This document shows positions 35,068 through 47,750 of a stretch of DNA of 64,000 nt, piece by piece (position 1 is the stretch's first letter; each line of letters opens with the position of its first letter). Under the pieces are notes generated by a model, which had not been told where the DNA came from, did no database searches, and saw nothing but the letters and a program-made list of their open reading frames with translations. The position numbers were made by a program, and so were the translations under genes. Source of the DNA: Xylographa opegraphella (taxonomy: Eukaryota); NCBI GenBank assembly GCA_022813865.1, contig JALDZX010000014.1, positions 186,001 through 250,000 on the forward strand, read 5' to 3'.

Positions 35068-37241
35068 TCACCGGACATCAATCTTCTCCACTTCCTCTCG
35101 CGCCTCCCTCCACGTTTCGAGGTTCTTCTTCGCCCAATCGATATGGCACTTGGCGTACGCAATCTGGACCGATGTCAGCTACAGGCGCCGGACAGAAGCA
35201 CTTTTGGACACGATCGCAGTACCATATACCGCTTCAGATCCTCTTCCTTCTCCGTTTGGAACCGCTTCAGGTCCTTCAACACTCCCGAGCTCGCATCCTT
35301 AACATCCTTCTCCGACACCCCAAGCGCTTGCTCCAGCTGTCATCACACCGTCAGCCCGCAATTCTCCGCCTGTGCGTCGAAGCTACCGTAGTCCTACCTG
35401 TACCAAGCTCTCCCGCGTCTTCCCGATCTGGTCCCTTCTCGTCCGCTCGGGATCCACGTCGACGATCCCGTGCACCGCATGGCTGATCCGCCCGAATATC
35501 TTGTTCGTCACGAAGCCGCCGCTGTGGCTTTTCTTCACCCCGGGCGAAGCCGGATCGTCGGATGAGCCCGACGGTGGCGAGGAGGGAATATCGGCGTGTG
35601 TGGGAGGGAAGTCGGAATCTATAGACGCAGTCTCGTCGAGGCTCGGATCGCGTCGGTACCGGTTGACGTCGGAACTGTTCCTCGCGGAGCCAGACGACGC
35701 CGATCGGGACGGTGCGCTCGGTGCGCCGGTGCTACTGAGATACTGCTCGATACGCTTAGACTCCGATTCGCTGCGTTCCAGCGTTTCGAGGAGCGCGCGC
35801 TTCTTGGCCAGCTCATCCTTTGTCATTTCTTCTTGTACTCTTTTGAGAATTCTGAAGCGGAGAACACTGCGGACCACGCCCGCGAACTGGGCACTTTCCC
35901 GCATCGGTTCTGCGAAACTGGCGCCGAGAGTGGAGGAGAGTTCTTCCGTGGCAATATAAGATGAATCGACTGCTTGTCCGATGCGCTCGATGGCGGCAGC
36001 GACAGTCGGTGATTGCTCGGACAAAGAGAATGCATTATATCTTGCGCCGAGTTCGGCCATATCGGTCGACAGTGACGTGAGATGGCTGAGAGTTCTCCGA
36101 TTTACTCTTTCAATGTTTCCCTGAAGCAGAAGCTCTAGCTCTCGCGTTGATGATTCGAAATTAGTGAAGTAAGGGTCAAGGTCTTGTTCTGAGAGGTTCT
36201 GTGAAGCTGGCGGAAAGCGTCCGAACACTTGCGGGCCAGGTATCGAGTGTGCGGCAGAGGAGGCCATGGTGGAGCCAGGGGGTGGAGACATTGGGGTACC
36301 ACTCGATGAGGTTAGCGAATTGGATCTAAGCTTTGCAGTGGTCGATGGGACTGGAAGCCACTGGTGAGCGGGTGTAGGGTGTGCTGGATCTAGGGGTGGA
36401 GCTTTCATGTTGCTCTTTGGTATTGTAGCGACTGGTGCAGAGTGAAGAACTTCTTGCTGCGACGGCGATTAGTATAACCAAGCGATGTATGGCGGGTGAC
36501 CTACCCAGCTGGCATTTGGGTCCAAGAATCTCCACCATACACCATCTTCCCGAACTTCTTTCATCTTGCGGCAGCGATTTAAGAAGACACTAAGCATACG
36601 CTTCCGCAGGTCTATTATGTTCAAGTCTTCCTTCGCCTTCGTGGGCTTCGCTGCGTAATCGGCCATGGAGTGCTTCTCGGGTATTGGCGGGATAATGAGG
36701 GTGGGGTGTAAATTGACCAGAGTTGCTCTCAAAGAACTGAACTCCGAATACCGCCTGCGGACCTCAAGATCCTGTTAAGATGAGATTAGCCGAAGGTGCG
36801 CGCAAGCGTATAGAGAACATACCCCCGTCCGAATTGTGTACACAATGTAGCTCCGCCCGCTCTCATGGCTCATCCCAGCGTCGGTAATCACTATCTGCAA
36901 GTCCGGGTTCTCATACAGTATCTGCTCAATCCTGCTATCGTACCCCCCCTTCTTCCGCGGCACGTTCGGGTGCTGGTCCGGATACTCCTCGTCATCTTCG
37001 TCGCTCAGATCTCTCGATCTCGAAACAAACTCGGGCGGCTCGTTCATCTGCGAGGAATGGTCGGAGGTGGGGGTGACGGGTCGCTCGAATTCTGTGGTAG
37101 CCGGTCAGCAGTCGCTCTGGTCCTCCGCGAGGGCAAGAGAGCTTCACGATCAGAGTGTGAGGCTGCCTGCGGGATGCCCGTGGTAGCGGTTTCCTGACGG
37201 TCGAAAGACCCGTACGGGTTGTTGTCCTCGTCATTCCACAT
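35068..37241 (-). CDS. SNX41: PX-BAR sorting nexin Snx41/Atg20
   Basis: MWNDEDNNPYGSF, PX domain YIVYTIRTG/VRRRYSEF/HPTLIIPPIPEKH/RKRMLSVFLNRC, BAR region ELGARYNAFSLSE, and last exon IAYAKCHIDWAKKNLETW...VR*. Confidence 0.92.
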
Positions 37242-38178
37242 TCTGTTCAGAGCTGGACGATGTCGGGATCTTTGGATACTTCCTTCATGGGTATTTCGTC
37301 GTTCACAGCTGCAGATGCTCAATAAGTTGCTCGAAATCCTTGTGTCTGTTCGGAATGCGATTGGCCGAGCTGTGACGACGTGCTGCAGGGCTATCAGATG
37401 CCACGCTAACCCCAGATATGGACTGGTGTCGGCTTATCAATACTGTATTGTCTACAACATGGGAGGTGTAAGATATGAGCTGTCGAGGCACGTCTGCTAA
37501 GCTGAGGGACAGAATATTTACAAGAAGTCTGGTATGGGTTTTCGATCACTGTTAGACTGCCATCCTTTCCGTATGTTTCCCGCGAACAGCTCAGTACGGA
37601 CTATGTTTCATAAGCTATCCTCAATCTCGGCTATACGAGGTCTGCCTCTCCCATAGAATCAGCTGTATTTCACAACCACGATCCTCGTGCCGCACAAAGT
37701 AGACCAACGCACTTCGTATGAGTGGCAACAATCCAAATCGCCGACCCCTATCCACAGTCTCATCCACAGATTAGTCCTTCTTCGTCGTGGCATAGATACA
37801 CGACTGGGAAGAAGTATAGCGCAAGAATTAGTCGTCTCTCGTACAATCATCACACCATTCATCATGCCTTCGTGGCTAAAACAATCGCTCGCTAAAGTTT
37901 GACGCATGAGAGGAAGAGTTGACAATGCAAAACAATATAAAACTCCATTCGAGGCAAAAAGAAAAAACTGAGATTTTGGGTTGTAGTTTGATCTGCAGAC
38001 TTTTTGACGCAAGAACACCATTCGTGCTTTTGATGTTTCGAGAAGTCCTTGGGTTCTCAAGGATGAAAGCCTGTTCTCCCCCATTTTAATGTTGAAAAGT
38101 TTCCCAGCAGTGGTATTCCTCCGGGGCTCCGAGAGCCGCACGCTTTTGGTCTTTCGATGAGCACAGCAACCGCCTGCC

Positions 38179-40326
38179 TTAGAAAGGCTGACTTTCGGTC
38201 AGACCTCTCCGGCCGACAACGCTCCGTGAACTCCTTCGACTCCTACTTTCAGTCCTCAGTCTCGTTGGCTTGTCAGTCATGTCTCCATCCACGCCCCTCT
38301 CCTCCTCGTGCCGTGTTCGCTCTCCCACCCGATCCTCGACAACACGGCTCTTGCTTCTCCTCCGAGAGTATTCCACCTCCCCAATCTCTTGGACACCTTT
38401 GCCACTCCCTGCATAAGAATACCTCCTTACACTCCTATCCCTTGTCCTTCCATCGCGGGAGGAGACTGTAGATTTCTGCCCAATGCTGACCTCCATAGCG
38501 CCACCTGCATCCTGCCTCTGACGGAAACTGATCGTCCTGTCCTTTATGTCTCCCCCTTTAAGGTCAAGCTTCATGCCTTGAGGAGCATTTGCAATACTGA
38601 TAGTGATGGCGCCATCCAACTTTTCGGCTCCACGTTGTTTATCCATCGAAGAGCGTGAAGGCGTCTTTGATTTCTTAATGTCGCTCCCTTCGCGACTGCT
38701 ACCGGCACGACTGCCGGAGCCGCTGCCATGACTGGCTTGTGTCTTACTGCGATGCCGTACGACTTGGTTGATCTTTTCTGCTGTAAGAGGTATAGGACGA
38801 TCAGCACCACTCTTGGCATCTTGATATGCCTCAGCTTCAAGCACTGGATCGCCACGGCCGCCGTGGTACGATACCGGACGACGTCCACGCCCGAGGGTTG
38901 TTTGTCGTGAAGGTCCGGCGTCTTCAGTAGGAGAGGTCTCGGGTGTACGCTTGTGGTGGTGAGCAGTCTTTAATGAGGAGGCAGAAGGTCTCGTAGTAGC
39001 AGAAAGGCGTGACGCGGGACGTGCTTCTTCTATGGACTGGCGTCTTGAAGATGTTGCGTATGGAAGGTCCTCTTTTTCATACATCGTCTGGCGCGGGCGC
39101 TGGCTCGAGTGGGTGGAGGTCGTAGTCGCTGCATGGCGTATCGTCGGACGCTGCAGGGTTTGACGCCTCGAAGGTAAAGGCCGCGATGGTGGTGGAGGCA
39201 TTGAGCGGTAGTAATCCGCATCCCACTCGATTGCTTCTTCCCGCTCAAGCAGAGGGAACGGCTCGTCGAGCGGCGTTATAGGAGATGGCCGTTCACTCCG
39301 GTGTGCCGACATTCGACGGAACAACTGTGGTTGATTGTGCGAACCGGCTGTGAAAAGTAATGGAAGCGAGTAATCCGCGACTACTTGCGCAGAATACATG
39401 GACGAGCGTCGAAAAGGCATATCGTGAGAAGGCGGCCACTCCGGTGGTGGTGGTGGTTGATATGGCGGTCTGAATGTTGTTTGCGGAAACGGATATGCAA
39501 CATGGCGTGGTGGAGAGGTTTGCAACGGAGTAGGAAGGAGAGTACTGGAATGGGGATAGTAAGGCTGAGGTTGATAAGATGCAGTGTCGATATAGAGAGG
39601 TTCAGGCGGTGGTTCGACATAGCTTGGCTGCACTCGCACGTAGTAGCCTTCCGCACCCACGCCCGCATGGTAACTCGCCGGTCTGGAACGTGGGCCTTGC
39701 CCTGGAGTCGGTCGTGGACGGGCAGTTGGTGGGCGTGATAATGGTATGGTCTGGACTTCTGGGGCTCTTGGGGCCCGGCTTGCTTGCGGTGAAGGTGGCC
39801 CTGTATGCCGAAGTCGCTGCGGGCGTTCTGGTGGAACGTTGCGAGAAGCGGATGGGGCTTCCACTGGGATTGCTGAAAGCCGTATCCTGGCTGCGGCTTC
39901 TCTCCCCTCGAATGAACCCCGACGTAAGTCACTGTTCTTCTGCGCCCTCGACAAAGTCCTTCGCAAACTGGGCTTCTCCGGGCTCGGCTCTCTGTTCTCG
40001 CCCGCCATCTGTGCGCCGCTCGAGGCGTTCTTGCTTGTAATCTGCAGACTGCCGGAGCTCATAGATATACCTGCAAGCTTCGATCCCTGCGACGATGAGC
40101 CGTAGCCAGCCACCGTCGCGAGCGTTTGACTCGAGTAGCCGGAATCGCTTGCTTCATCTCGTCCCTTGGTTGTGTTGATGGGCTTGTTGTGAAGCTCTGG
40201 CCTGGATCGCTTGGCGGCAATATTGGCCGTCTGGCGGGTTCCAGGAACAGTAGCGTGGGTGTCTTCGCTGTAGTCTTCGAGATAGGCGGCGTGGCAGTCG
40301 GAGCGCAAGGGGTTGTTGCTGGACAT
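38179..40326 (-). CDS. Hypothetical low-complexity Pro/Ser/Arg-rich protein (715 aa)
   Basis: A 2.1-kb single-frame ORF with AYLEDYSED and DSGYSS near the N-terminus. No catalytic domain was recognised. Confidence 0.75.
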   Translation of the reverse strand: MSSNNPLRSDCHAAYLEDYSEDTHATVPGTRQTANIAAKRSRPELHNKPINTTKGRDEASDSGYSSQTLATVAGYGSSSQGSKLAGISMSSGSLQITSKNASSGAQMAGENREPSPEKPSLRRTLSRAQKNSDLRRGSFEGREAAARIRLSAIPVEAPSASRNVPPERPQRLRHTGPPSPQASRAPRAPEVQTIPLSRPPTARPRPTPGQGPRSRPASYHAGVGAEGYYVRVQPSYVEPPPEPLYIDTASYQPQPYYPHSSTLLPTPLQTSPPRHVAYPFPQTTFRPPYQPPPPPEWPPSHDMPFRRSSMYSAQVVADYSLPLLFTAGSHNQPQLFRRMSAHRSERPSPITPLDEPFPLLEREEAIEWDADYYRSMPPPPSRPLPSRRQTLQRPTIRHAATTTSTHSSQRPRQTMYEKEDLPYATSSRRQSIEEARPASRLSATTRPSASSLKTAHHHKRTPETSPTEDAGPSRQTTLGRGRRPVSYHGGRGDPVLEAEAYQDAKSGADRPIPLTAEKINQVVRHRSKTQASHGSGSGSRAGSSREGSDIKKSKTPSRSSMDKQRGAEKLDGAITISIANAPQGMKLDLKGGDIKDRTISFRQRQDAGGAMEVSIGQKSTVSSRDGRTRDRSVRRYSYAGSGKGVQEIGEVEYSRRRSKSRVVEDRVGERTRHEEERGVDGDMTDKPTRLRTESRSRRSSRSVVGRRGLTESQPF

Positions 40327-42074
40327 TGTTTTGTCTCAAGTGCTCGAGCGACGATTAAAGCGCGGCCATGCGTAGGGCTGGCCGAGCGGCGGCGGCCTAA
40401 TCGATAAGGGAAGCTGCGTTGTCCCGCGCGAAGAAAAAAGCCAGAAGCAAGCCAGGAACGTGAATGCTGGACGGGCAGGTCAGCGTGCTGATGTACGGGC
40501 GAAAGTCAGGAGCCTCAGCAAAGCGAGGTGTAAGAGGGCAAGAGCGTTGTGTCATCCGTCTACAACACTGCACCGTGTCCTGGCCGAGTGGCCTATCGAG
40601 CGTGCAGAGGGAGAGAGTGTGGCTAGGGGCCGAATTGTGCGGAGAGTCATCGAAATCAAAAGGTCATTGTTTGGATTGAAGCCCAATTGGCGGCCGGCAG
40701 AGGCCTCCTGCATAAGTCAATCTGGATTTTCTCGCTGCCTAGCTGCAAAGCCCGCACGCTGATGTTACCTTCGTTCACGATGTGGGCGCACTTAAGGCCT
40801 CTAATGGGTCGATCCTCCAACGCATCATGCCTCTAGGCGATTTACCGTCTAGTACCAGCACCAGCAACCGGCACCAGCACCAGCAACCGTCAATCCTACC
40901 CAACCTGCATCGCTGTCGAGGCCGCGGGCCACCGTCGTGATCTTCGATTTCGGGGGCCGACCATGGCGTGGAGTAGTCTGAGCAGTTGCGTGGAACTAAT
41001 GTGAGCCATAAGATAATACCATAAGGCGACAGTGCGGTCTCGCATCCGCGCCACGACTGGCCGCCCAATGGCCAACGTGGTTCCAATCTTGACTTTGCCA
41101 ATTTCGAGCCCTGATACCCAATCACTCCTCAATGCTGGCCGATCCCGACAGACAGACCCGGCATGAACATCACCGACACAGGTACGCCGTATGGACCGCT
41201 GTGACGCACGTCGTGTGTCTCGAGCCCCTAATGATTGGAAGAACCGCGAATGCTGGCATGTCGTAAGCCTGTAGCCGAACCTAGTCGTTACTGCCAATTA
41301 TAGCTGCTTGTCAGAAGCAAGTCATATTACACCAGCAGAGTATTGAGTCTCGGAAATTTTCTGCCTTTCGGTGGAGCATGGACATCTCGAATGCTTCAAA
41401 GTACGAGCGAGGCTCGTTGAGCCTTTATGCGAAGTGTCAATCAATACTAGCTGCTTCACTAATTCAGCGCTGCTCGGTGTTGGCCCTTGATAGCCTTCAT
41501 TCTGAAGAGGTGCCCCGTTCGAGGAGTGTCATTTCGAATGGTACAAACATGCAAACGCTTTGGGCAGCAAAGGTCGGCATTCATGATGGCACACGGAAAC
41601 CTGTCTGAGAGCACGGCAAGAACGAACGTATGGGATGATGATAACAGTGGTTTCGATTATAATAGGTTCGATATATGATAATAACCAAGGGGCTGTGCAT
41701 CACAGTATCCGGCAGAATCCGCGGCTTATTTGTATGATTTCCAATGTTCTGACCGCTCTTTTCGTAAGGGGTAGTATTGGGGGTGTGGAAGATTTGCTGC
41801 GTTGTTAGTGATCATAGCCAACCATTTCCCCGAGATTCGCGGAAGATAATGAGCATTGCATTAGGAGACCACAAATCCTGACCACGAGATAGGAGCCTTT
41901 GAGTCGTTCAATTGCGTGCGCACCTTAGTGCCTAGGGTCTAAAACCCGTCCAGTAAAGGAAGTAGGCGATGTAGCGCCATGACTGCTCTAAACTCCCTCA
42001 ATGCTTACAATGCAAGCCCGGCTCCATGTCTCTTCCACCAGAACACTTTCAACGGATAGCCCCATACCAGAACA

Positions 42075-44411
42075 TCACATCCTAACCTTTGTCAGCATCC
42101 CTCGATTACTACCAGAATGCAAATACTAACCGTTGCAGCGGACTCAAACCTAGCAATTTCATACCGTTGTTCAATACCTGTCTCGCCGCTTCGTACAGTG
42201 CCATACGAGCCTTCTTGAGTTCAGGCTCACTCCCAACCACCTGGAGTACATCATAGCTTGAGCTCAACATATGCGTCATCTTGAACAAGTACGACAACAC
42301 AGTGATCGGTTCGAGGGTCTTCAGGGTGGTTTGCACCACCTCAGGCCATGTCGATAGTGCACGAACGAGGTTGATAGCATGCGACTCTTTTAAGAGCGAG
42401 AGGTCTGCGTTGTTGAGCTCCTCATTGCTGACCTGAGCTTTTCTAGTTATGGAGCAGAGGCGAGCATGCGCGTATTGAAGATATGGACCGGTGTCACCCT
42501 CGAAAGAAGTCATCCTCATAAGATCGAAAGTATAGTTATTAATGCTGCATAAGGGTTAATCGCCATGAAGAATGAATCAGTTGATTAAGGAGCATACCGT
42601 TTGCCTGTCATGTCTTGAACCATAACAGCTGAGATCCCCAGGATATCAGCCGTTCCCATAGGATCGTCAAGTTGCGAGTATTTGTCCTTGATCCGTTGAA
42701 GGTCTTTCTCATTCTGATTCCCCTTCTGATCTTCGGTTTCACCTTTCATGACCGTGTGCATACGTTCAGCGGCGTCCCTCAATATATCATCTAAAAATTT
42801 CACGGTTCCTCTTCGTGTGCTCATGCCTAGCACCATTCCAAAATTAACGTGTTGACACTTCTTCGCGATGTCCTCATGTCCCATGAGCTCCAGGATCTTG
42901 AAGAGTTGAGCAAGGTGCAGATCCTGTTGTGCTGCAACAACATATATCATTTTGTCGAAGTGGTAAATCTCGTCCCTCTTCACAGCCTCACCAATATCCC
43001 GAGTCAAATAGAGGGATGAACCGTCCTTCTTCTGTACCAGAGCCTTGCCCAGTTTCTTCGTTTTTGGGTCCTTGGTCAGATCAACAACAACAGCACCCTC
43101 GGAATCTTCTGATACACCAGACTCCCTCAGTCTTTTAGCAGCAGCATCCATCCGGAATTTTTCCACTTGTGATTCTCCCGAGAATTGATCGTAGTGAATG
43201 TTAAGTCGAGCATAGGTCTTCTTGTACTTTTCGATACTCAGGTCTCGAAACTTCCTCCACGTCTCAAGTGCTTTGGGGTCGCCATCTTCGAGACGCTTAA
43301 AGGATTTTCGAGCCTTTTCATTTGTACTTTCTGCTTCTAATGTTGATATTTCCAACTCTAGAGCCGACGTATCACTCTTGGCCTCTTTAGCCTTCTTGAG
43401 CTCTTCCTTTTTCTCTTTTATGGTTTCTTCTTCTGGCGCTGAGACTTTGTTGATCTCAACATATATGTCGAAAAGATGGGCGATAGGATCTGCTTTAAGT
43501 TTCTCCTCATCTCCGTACAGCTCGAATGCATTGGCGAGTAAGCCATATTGCCGTCCCCAATCGCCTAAGTAGTTCATGCGAATCACATCCCAGCCGGCGG
43601 TCTCGTACAAGTTCGCTATAAATCCTCCAATAATCGTACTTCGCAAGTGACCCGCGTGAAATGGTTTAGCAATGTTGGGTGAAGAGAACTCAACAATGAT
43701 CTTTTTCTTTCCCAAGGATGGGTTCTCCGGATCTTTCAAGCCTAGTCGAGGATTACTACCGTATGCTTGTTTTGTTCGCAGGACAGTTTGGATAATGTTC
43801 TTCATGAGCGGCTCAGGTTTATAGAAGAATTGTAAAAATGTCCCAGAAACGACAGGATACTCAACAAGATCCGAGCTAGGAAACTTCCCAGCCCATTCTA
43901 CAGCTAGATCCCCAGGACTCTTGCCCTTGATTCTAAGGCTAGGCACCGCTAGCATGAGATCTCCCTTATCCTGTGATATCGTGGTCTGAAGCCGCGGAGT
44001 GATATCCACTGCAGAAATCCCTACAATGGGCGCCAGAAGCTCAGCTACATGCTCTCGATAGTTATCGATGGGGTTTCCTGCCGGCATAACTTCTTCCGTA
44101 GCTTCACCCGTAGGAGACGTCTCTGAAGGCATTGTAGAGGTCATTGGGGCTGACAAAATATGAAACGCTTTTGTGTTACGATCTTGAGCTGATTTCAACC
44201 CGTTCCTCAGCTGCCTAGACACATCCAGAAACAGACGCTTGAAGGGCAAAGAGCTCGTAGACCAGCGTCTATTCAACACAAGGTTCTGTGTCCTAAAAGT
44301 CCGGTGTCTTAAAAAGTACAATCTGACCTGGGAATTGAACCTCGGTAGACTCGAGAGACCATGTATTTTCGTGTAAGAGCTCTTGGGAGGGATTACTGGG
44401 TAGGTTTTCAT
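42075..44411 (-). CDS. Arginyl-tRNA synthetase (alternative start at 44144)
   Basis: IVEFSSPNIAKPFHAGHLRSTIIG (HIGH), NYLGDWG, LYLTRDI, GMSTRRG, FEGDTGPYLQYAHARL, and a final micro-exon encoding M*. Confidence 0.96.
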
Positions 44412-44420
44412 AAATGAGAC

Positions 44421-44427
44421 TGACTCA
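44421..44427. promoter_or_regulatory. Gcn4/CpcA (cross-pathway control) site TGACTCA
   Basis: Exact TGACTCA immediately upstream of the ArgRS ORF. Confidence 0.55.
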
Positions 44428-44914
44428 TAGCTGGATCTCAGAATAATTGAATTCGGACGGCAAACCGGTCGACGCGAAGAGACTAGCCCAGTATGGTCAA
44501 TGCAACTTAAGGTAGGGAGCGGTTCAAGTTTTTTCCGCTAAAATAATTCTTGCCAATGTCGTGGCGGTGCTGCGAAAAACCTCAATGATTGAGGACTTTC
44601 ATGACTGTCTGGATGGCATTCAACGATGATGATCTTTGGTCATTAATCATGATGTATAATCGTACGAAATACCTTTGGGTGTTCCTTCAAGACAATTCAG
44701 AAAGACGACCTCCATTTGTGAAAATACGTTATGTACAGAACTCGACGTAATGCTGTACACAGAATTTAGACAGCAGCCGCGTTTCCAATGCTCACGCACC
44801 CATCTATCACCTGCATTCCTGGCTTCATATCTCGTAACATAACCTACACATATGTAGTGTACTCAAAGAAGGCCAGTGCCTGCCGTCAATCGGTATCCAA
44901 TTCTACCTATACAA

Positions 44915-46883
44915 TCACCAAGTTTCCTGAACCACGTTAGTGAACAGTCCCGAACAGTCAATGCTAGTCATGACTCACAGCAATATACTGCCCATCAGCT
45001 TTCTTCCGTGCCCAAAATTCCACTGCCTCTTCCCGATTGAGGGTTCCCTTCTCCATTACCACTTCGACTAGTGCTTTCTCAACGCCCTCCCCCATACCTT
45101 TACTGCTACCACAGACGAAAACTCTTCCATCAGGCGCATTGATGATGAACCACACTAGGTCCGCTTGATGGCGCACTTCGTCTTGTACATATTTACCACG
45201 ACCGCGTCGGCTCTGCACCACTTTCTTGACCTTGTCTTCTTCGACCCCCCATTCTCCGCTGTACAATTCGTCTAATAGAGAATCGCGGACACCTTGCAAG
45301 ACCCAGACTTTGTTGGCACAGTTTGCGGACTTGAGCCTTCGCTGCACGAAGCCTCGGAACGGCGCAACTCCAACACCGGCACCAATAAGCAGCATAGGGC
45401 CATCGGAAACAAATTCTTTGGCGAGAGGGTTTGCCATCAGGCCTCGGAACATTGGGACACGAAGGTCCAGATCTTCAGCTTTGGTGCCAGCGCTTTCGGC
45501 ATCTATTATCTGCCGTGCCACACGTTCCAGATAGCCTGATCCAACGCCAGTTCTTGATCCACCACGCCAGTTCGGCATTTCATGTACCGTAACAGCTATC
45601 TCGATCAGACGACGGCACTTGTTCCCCTCCCGCGTACATGATATCTGAGGATCTTGAGAGAGAGAATAAAATCGCGGCATCAGCGTGTTGAGAACAGATA
45701 ACAAATGGTCCAGAGGAGGTCTAGAAGATGGAAATGCGCTTAGAAGCTGACTGAGGGTGACGTAGGGACCAGTTCGAAGGTCACAAAAGGAGGCCTGCCC
45801 TTGGGTAGATGAAAGATAGAGTAAGATCTGCTTCTCGTTGGACGCTTCGGCGTATTCTCCAAGCACTCGTAAGAGGAGCTTTGTCGGGGGAAAGCTCTGG
45901 ACGTCGGAGCACCACGTAAGTAGTTCCCTTCTGGTGGTCCTGAGTTCTCGAGGCATTTCATTTCCCCATATTGTCGGCCACCGCCCATTGGTTGTACGAA
46001 GAATAATTGGCCTGTCCCGAACAAATGTCGGAATAGCCAAGGCCTCAAATATCTCGTCCACAAGTATTTGCGGATTAGGGGCGCAAACACCGATCGCACC
46101 TCCAACGACAAAATCGACGTTACCACTCTCTATCGGATAATTCGTTACGTCCAGGTCGAAATGATAGGTCTTCTTCTCCGCACCTGGCTTCGTCAACTCT
46201 CGAGCATGATAAACTTTTGCGGAGTAGACATCATAAGGTGGATGAGGCGTAACAAATTTGGGCGGTTGTTGAGTAGTGAACGATTCCCGTATTGGTCCTG
46301 AACCTGATGTAGGGGTGAAGAAGACAGTCTGCTCCGGAAGCTCTACGATTTTAGTAAGCTTAGTGTCAAGACTGAGACCCCGGAGTTCCAATTTGAGGCT
46401 TCGAAAAGCATCATTATCCGGGGCCGAGATCGGAATCAATGTTGCATCAACCGGATCACTATCGGCCGAATTGAGAAAGCAGCATCCACCACCACAACAT
46501 ATTTTCTCGACTAAATTTGTACCAACTTCCTCCCCAAGGATTCGTCTCACATCACCGGGGCTCGATGAAATGAGAACAGTCGAGGCCCGTCGCTTTTGTT
46601 CTTTCGAGGGACTTGCCGATGCAATAGATAGAGTCTTGTCCAATCGTAAAGCATCAAAGACATCATCAGAATGCGGGTCGGAAACTGGCGTTGAAGGAGA
46701 TTCTGAGTCGGACGACGACGTTGAAGTATCTGTCAGAGGCGGCGATGACGCGGTCAAACCTCTTATGTCTTTAGAGCCATGGTGCTCTGGGAGTGCTGCA
46801 GGTTCCTCTGGGATTGGGTCATTCGGATGTGACGTAGAAGTTTTGGGAATGAGGTGATGACTATCAGAACGTGAATGAAGCAT
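44915..46883 (-). CDS. FAD/NADPH-binding diflavin-reductase-family protein lacking a recognisable flavodoxin domain
   Basis: KKTYHFDLD, GGAIGVCAPN, PRFYSLS, GVGSGYL, LLIGAGVGVAPFRGF, GKYVQD, VFVCGS, and a terminal exon ETW*. The start is taken at MLHSR. Confidence 0.85.
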
Positions 46884-47750
46884 TTCGTGAGGTAGAGTGG
46901 TGGGATAGGAATTGGAGAGAAGTTTAACTATGAACGAATCATTAGCATAGTCCACATTTAGTAATACAGAACAATGTTTAGTTCATGTACTTGAAGATTC
47001 ATACTTAGCGTATATGAACCAACATGTGAATGAGAGGCGATTCACGAAATGCCTCGAGCCCGACCAAAGTAAATGCTACACAATGCAGAACGCCAGGAAA
47101 CCGAGTGTGTATTAAAGCGATACAGCTTGACTGTTTGAGTGCATAGTTAGATATAAGACTAGAAGCGATATAATCAACGCGGATTGACTTGGTAAGGGAG
47201 GTATCAACAGCATTCTGGATGTCGTTGGAGCCCGTAATTCTCCGCATTAACAATCATGCTACGGAGTAATAGGTAGTCTTTGACATCATCGCGACTAAGA
47301 TGACTAACATCAGCTAGTGCGGCAGGGTCCTGGACCCTAATTGAGGCTGAAGTGAGAGTAAGACTTTCAGGGGAGTTGCTGGTGGACAAAATGTTCAGAT
47401 TGACATATCTGACTACCAGTAATTCATAAAGATACTAGCAGGTTTCTTGGTGTCTTCAGCGTCAGCCTACGCCACTATCTTAAACTATCACTACAAGTTC
47501 TTCAATGGCCAGCTGCGTGAGTGAGAGTGTACCGTTGTGTCAATGGTCCTATTGTTGCTGCAAAAGCCATTCCAAACTTCCAAGTGAATCGATTGTCAAG
47601 TCCTCTAGCATCTTTAACATCGCAGTGTTCTTTCTTTCTGTCAGAACTTTCCAGTGGCCTAGGCTCCTTCATCAGATATACAAAGTGGAAACAGCCGTTA
47701 GTGTATAAAAGTCCTCTTGACAAACATTAACCAGATCTATCTACTGTCAC

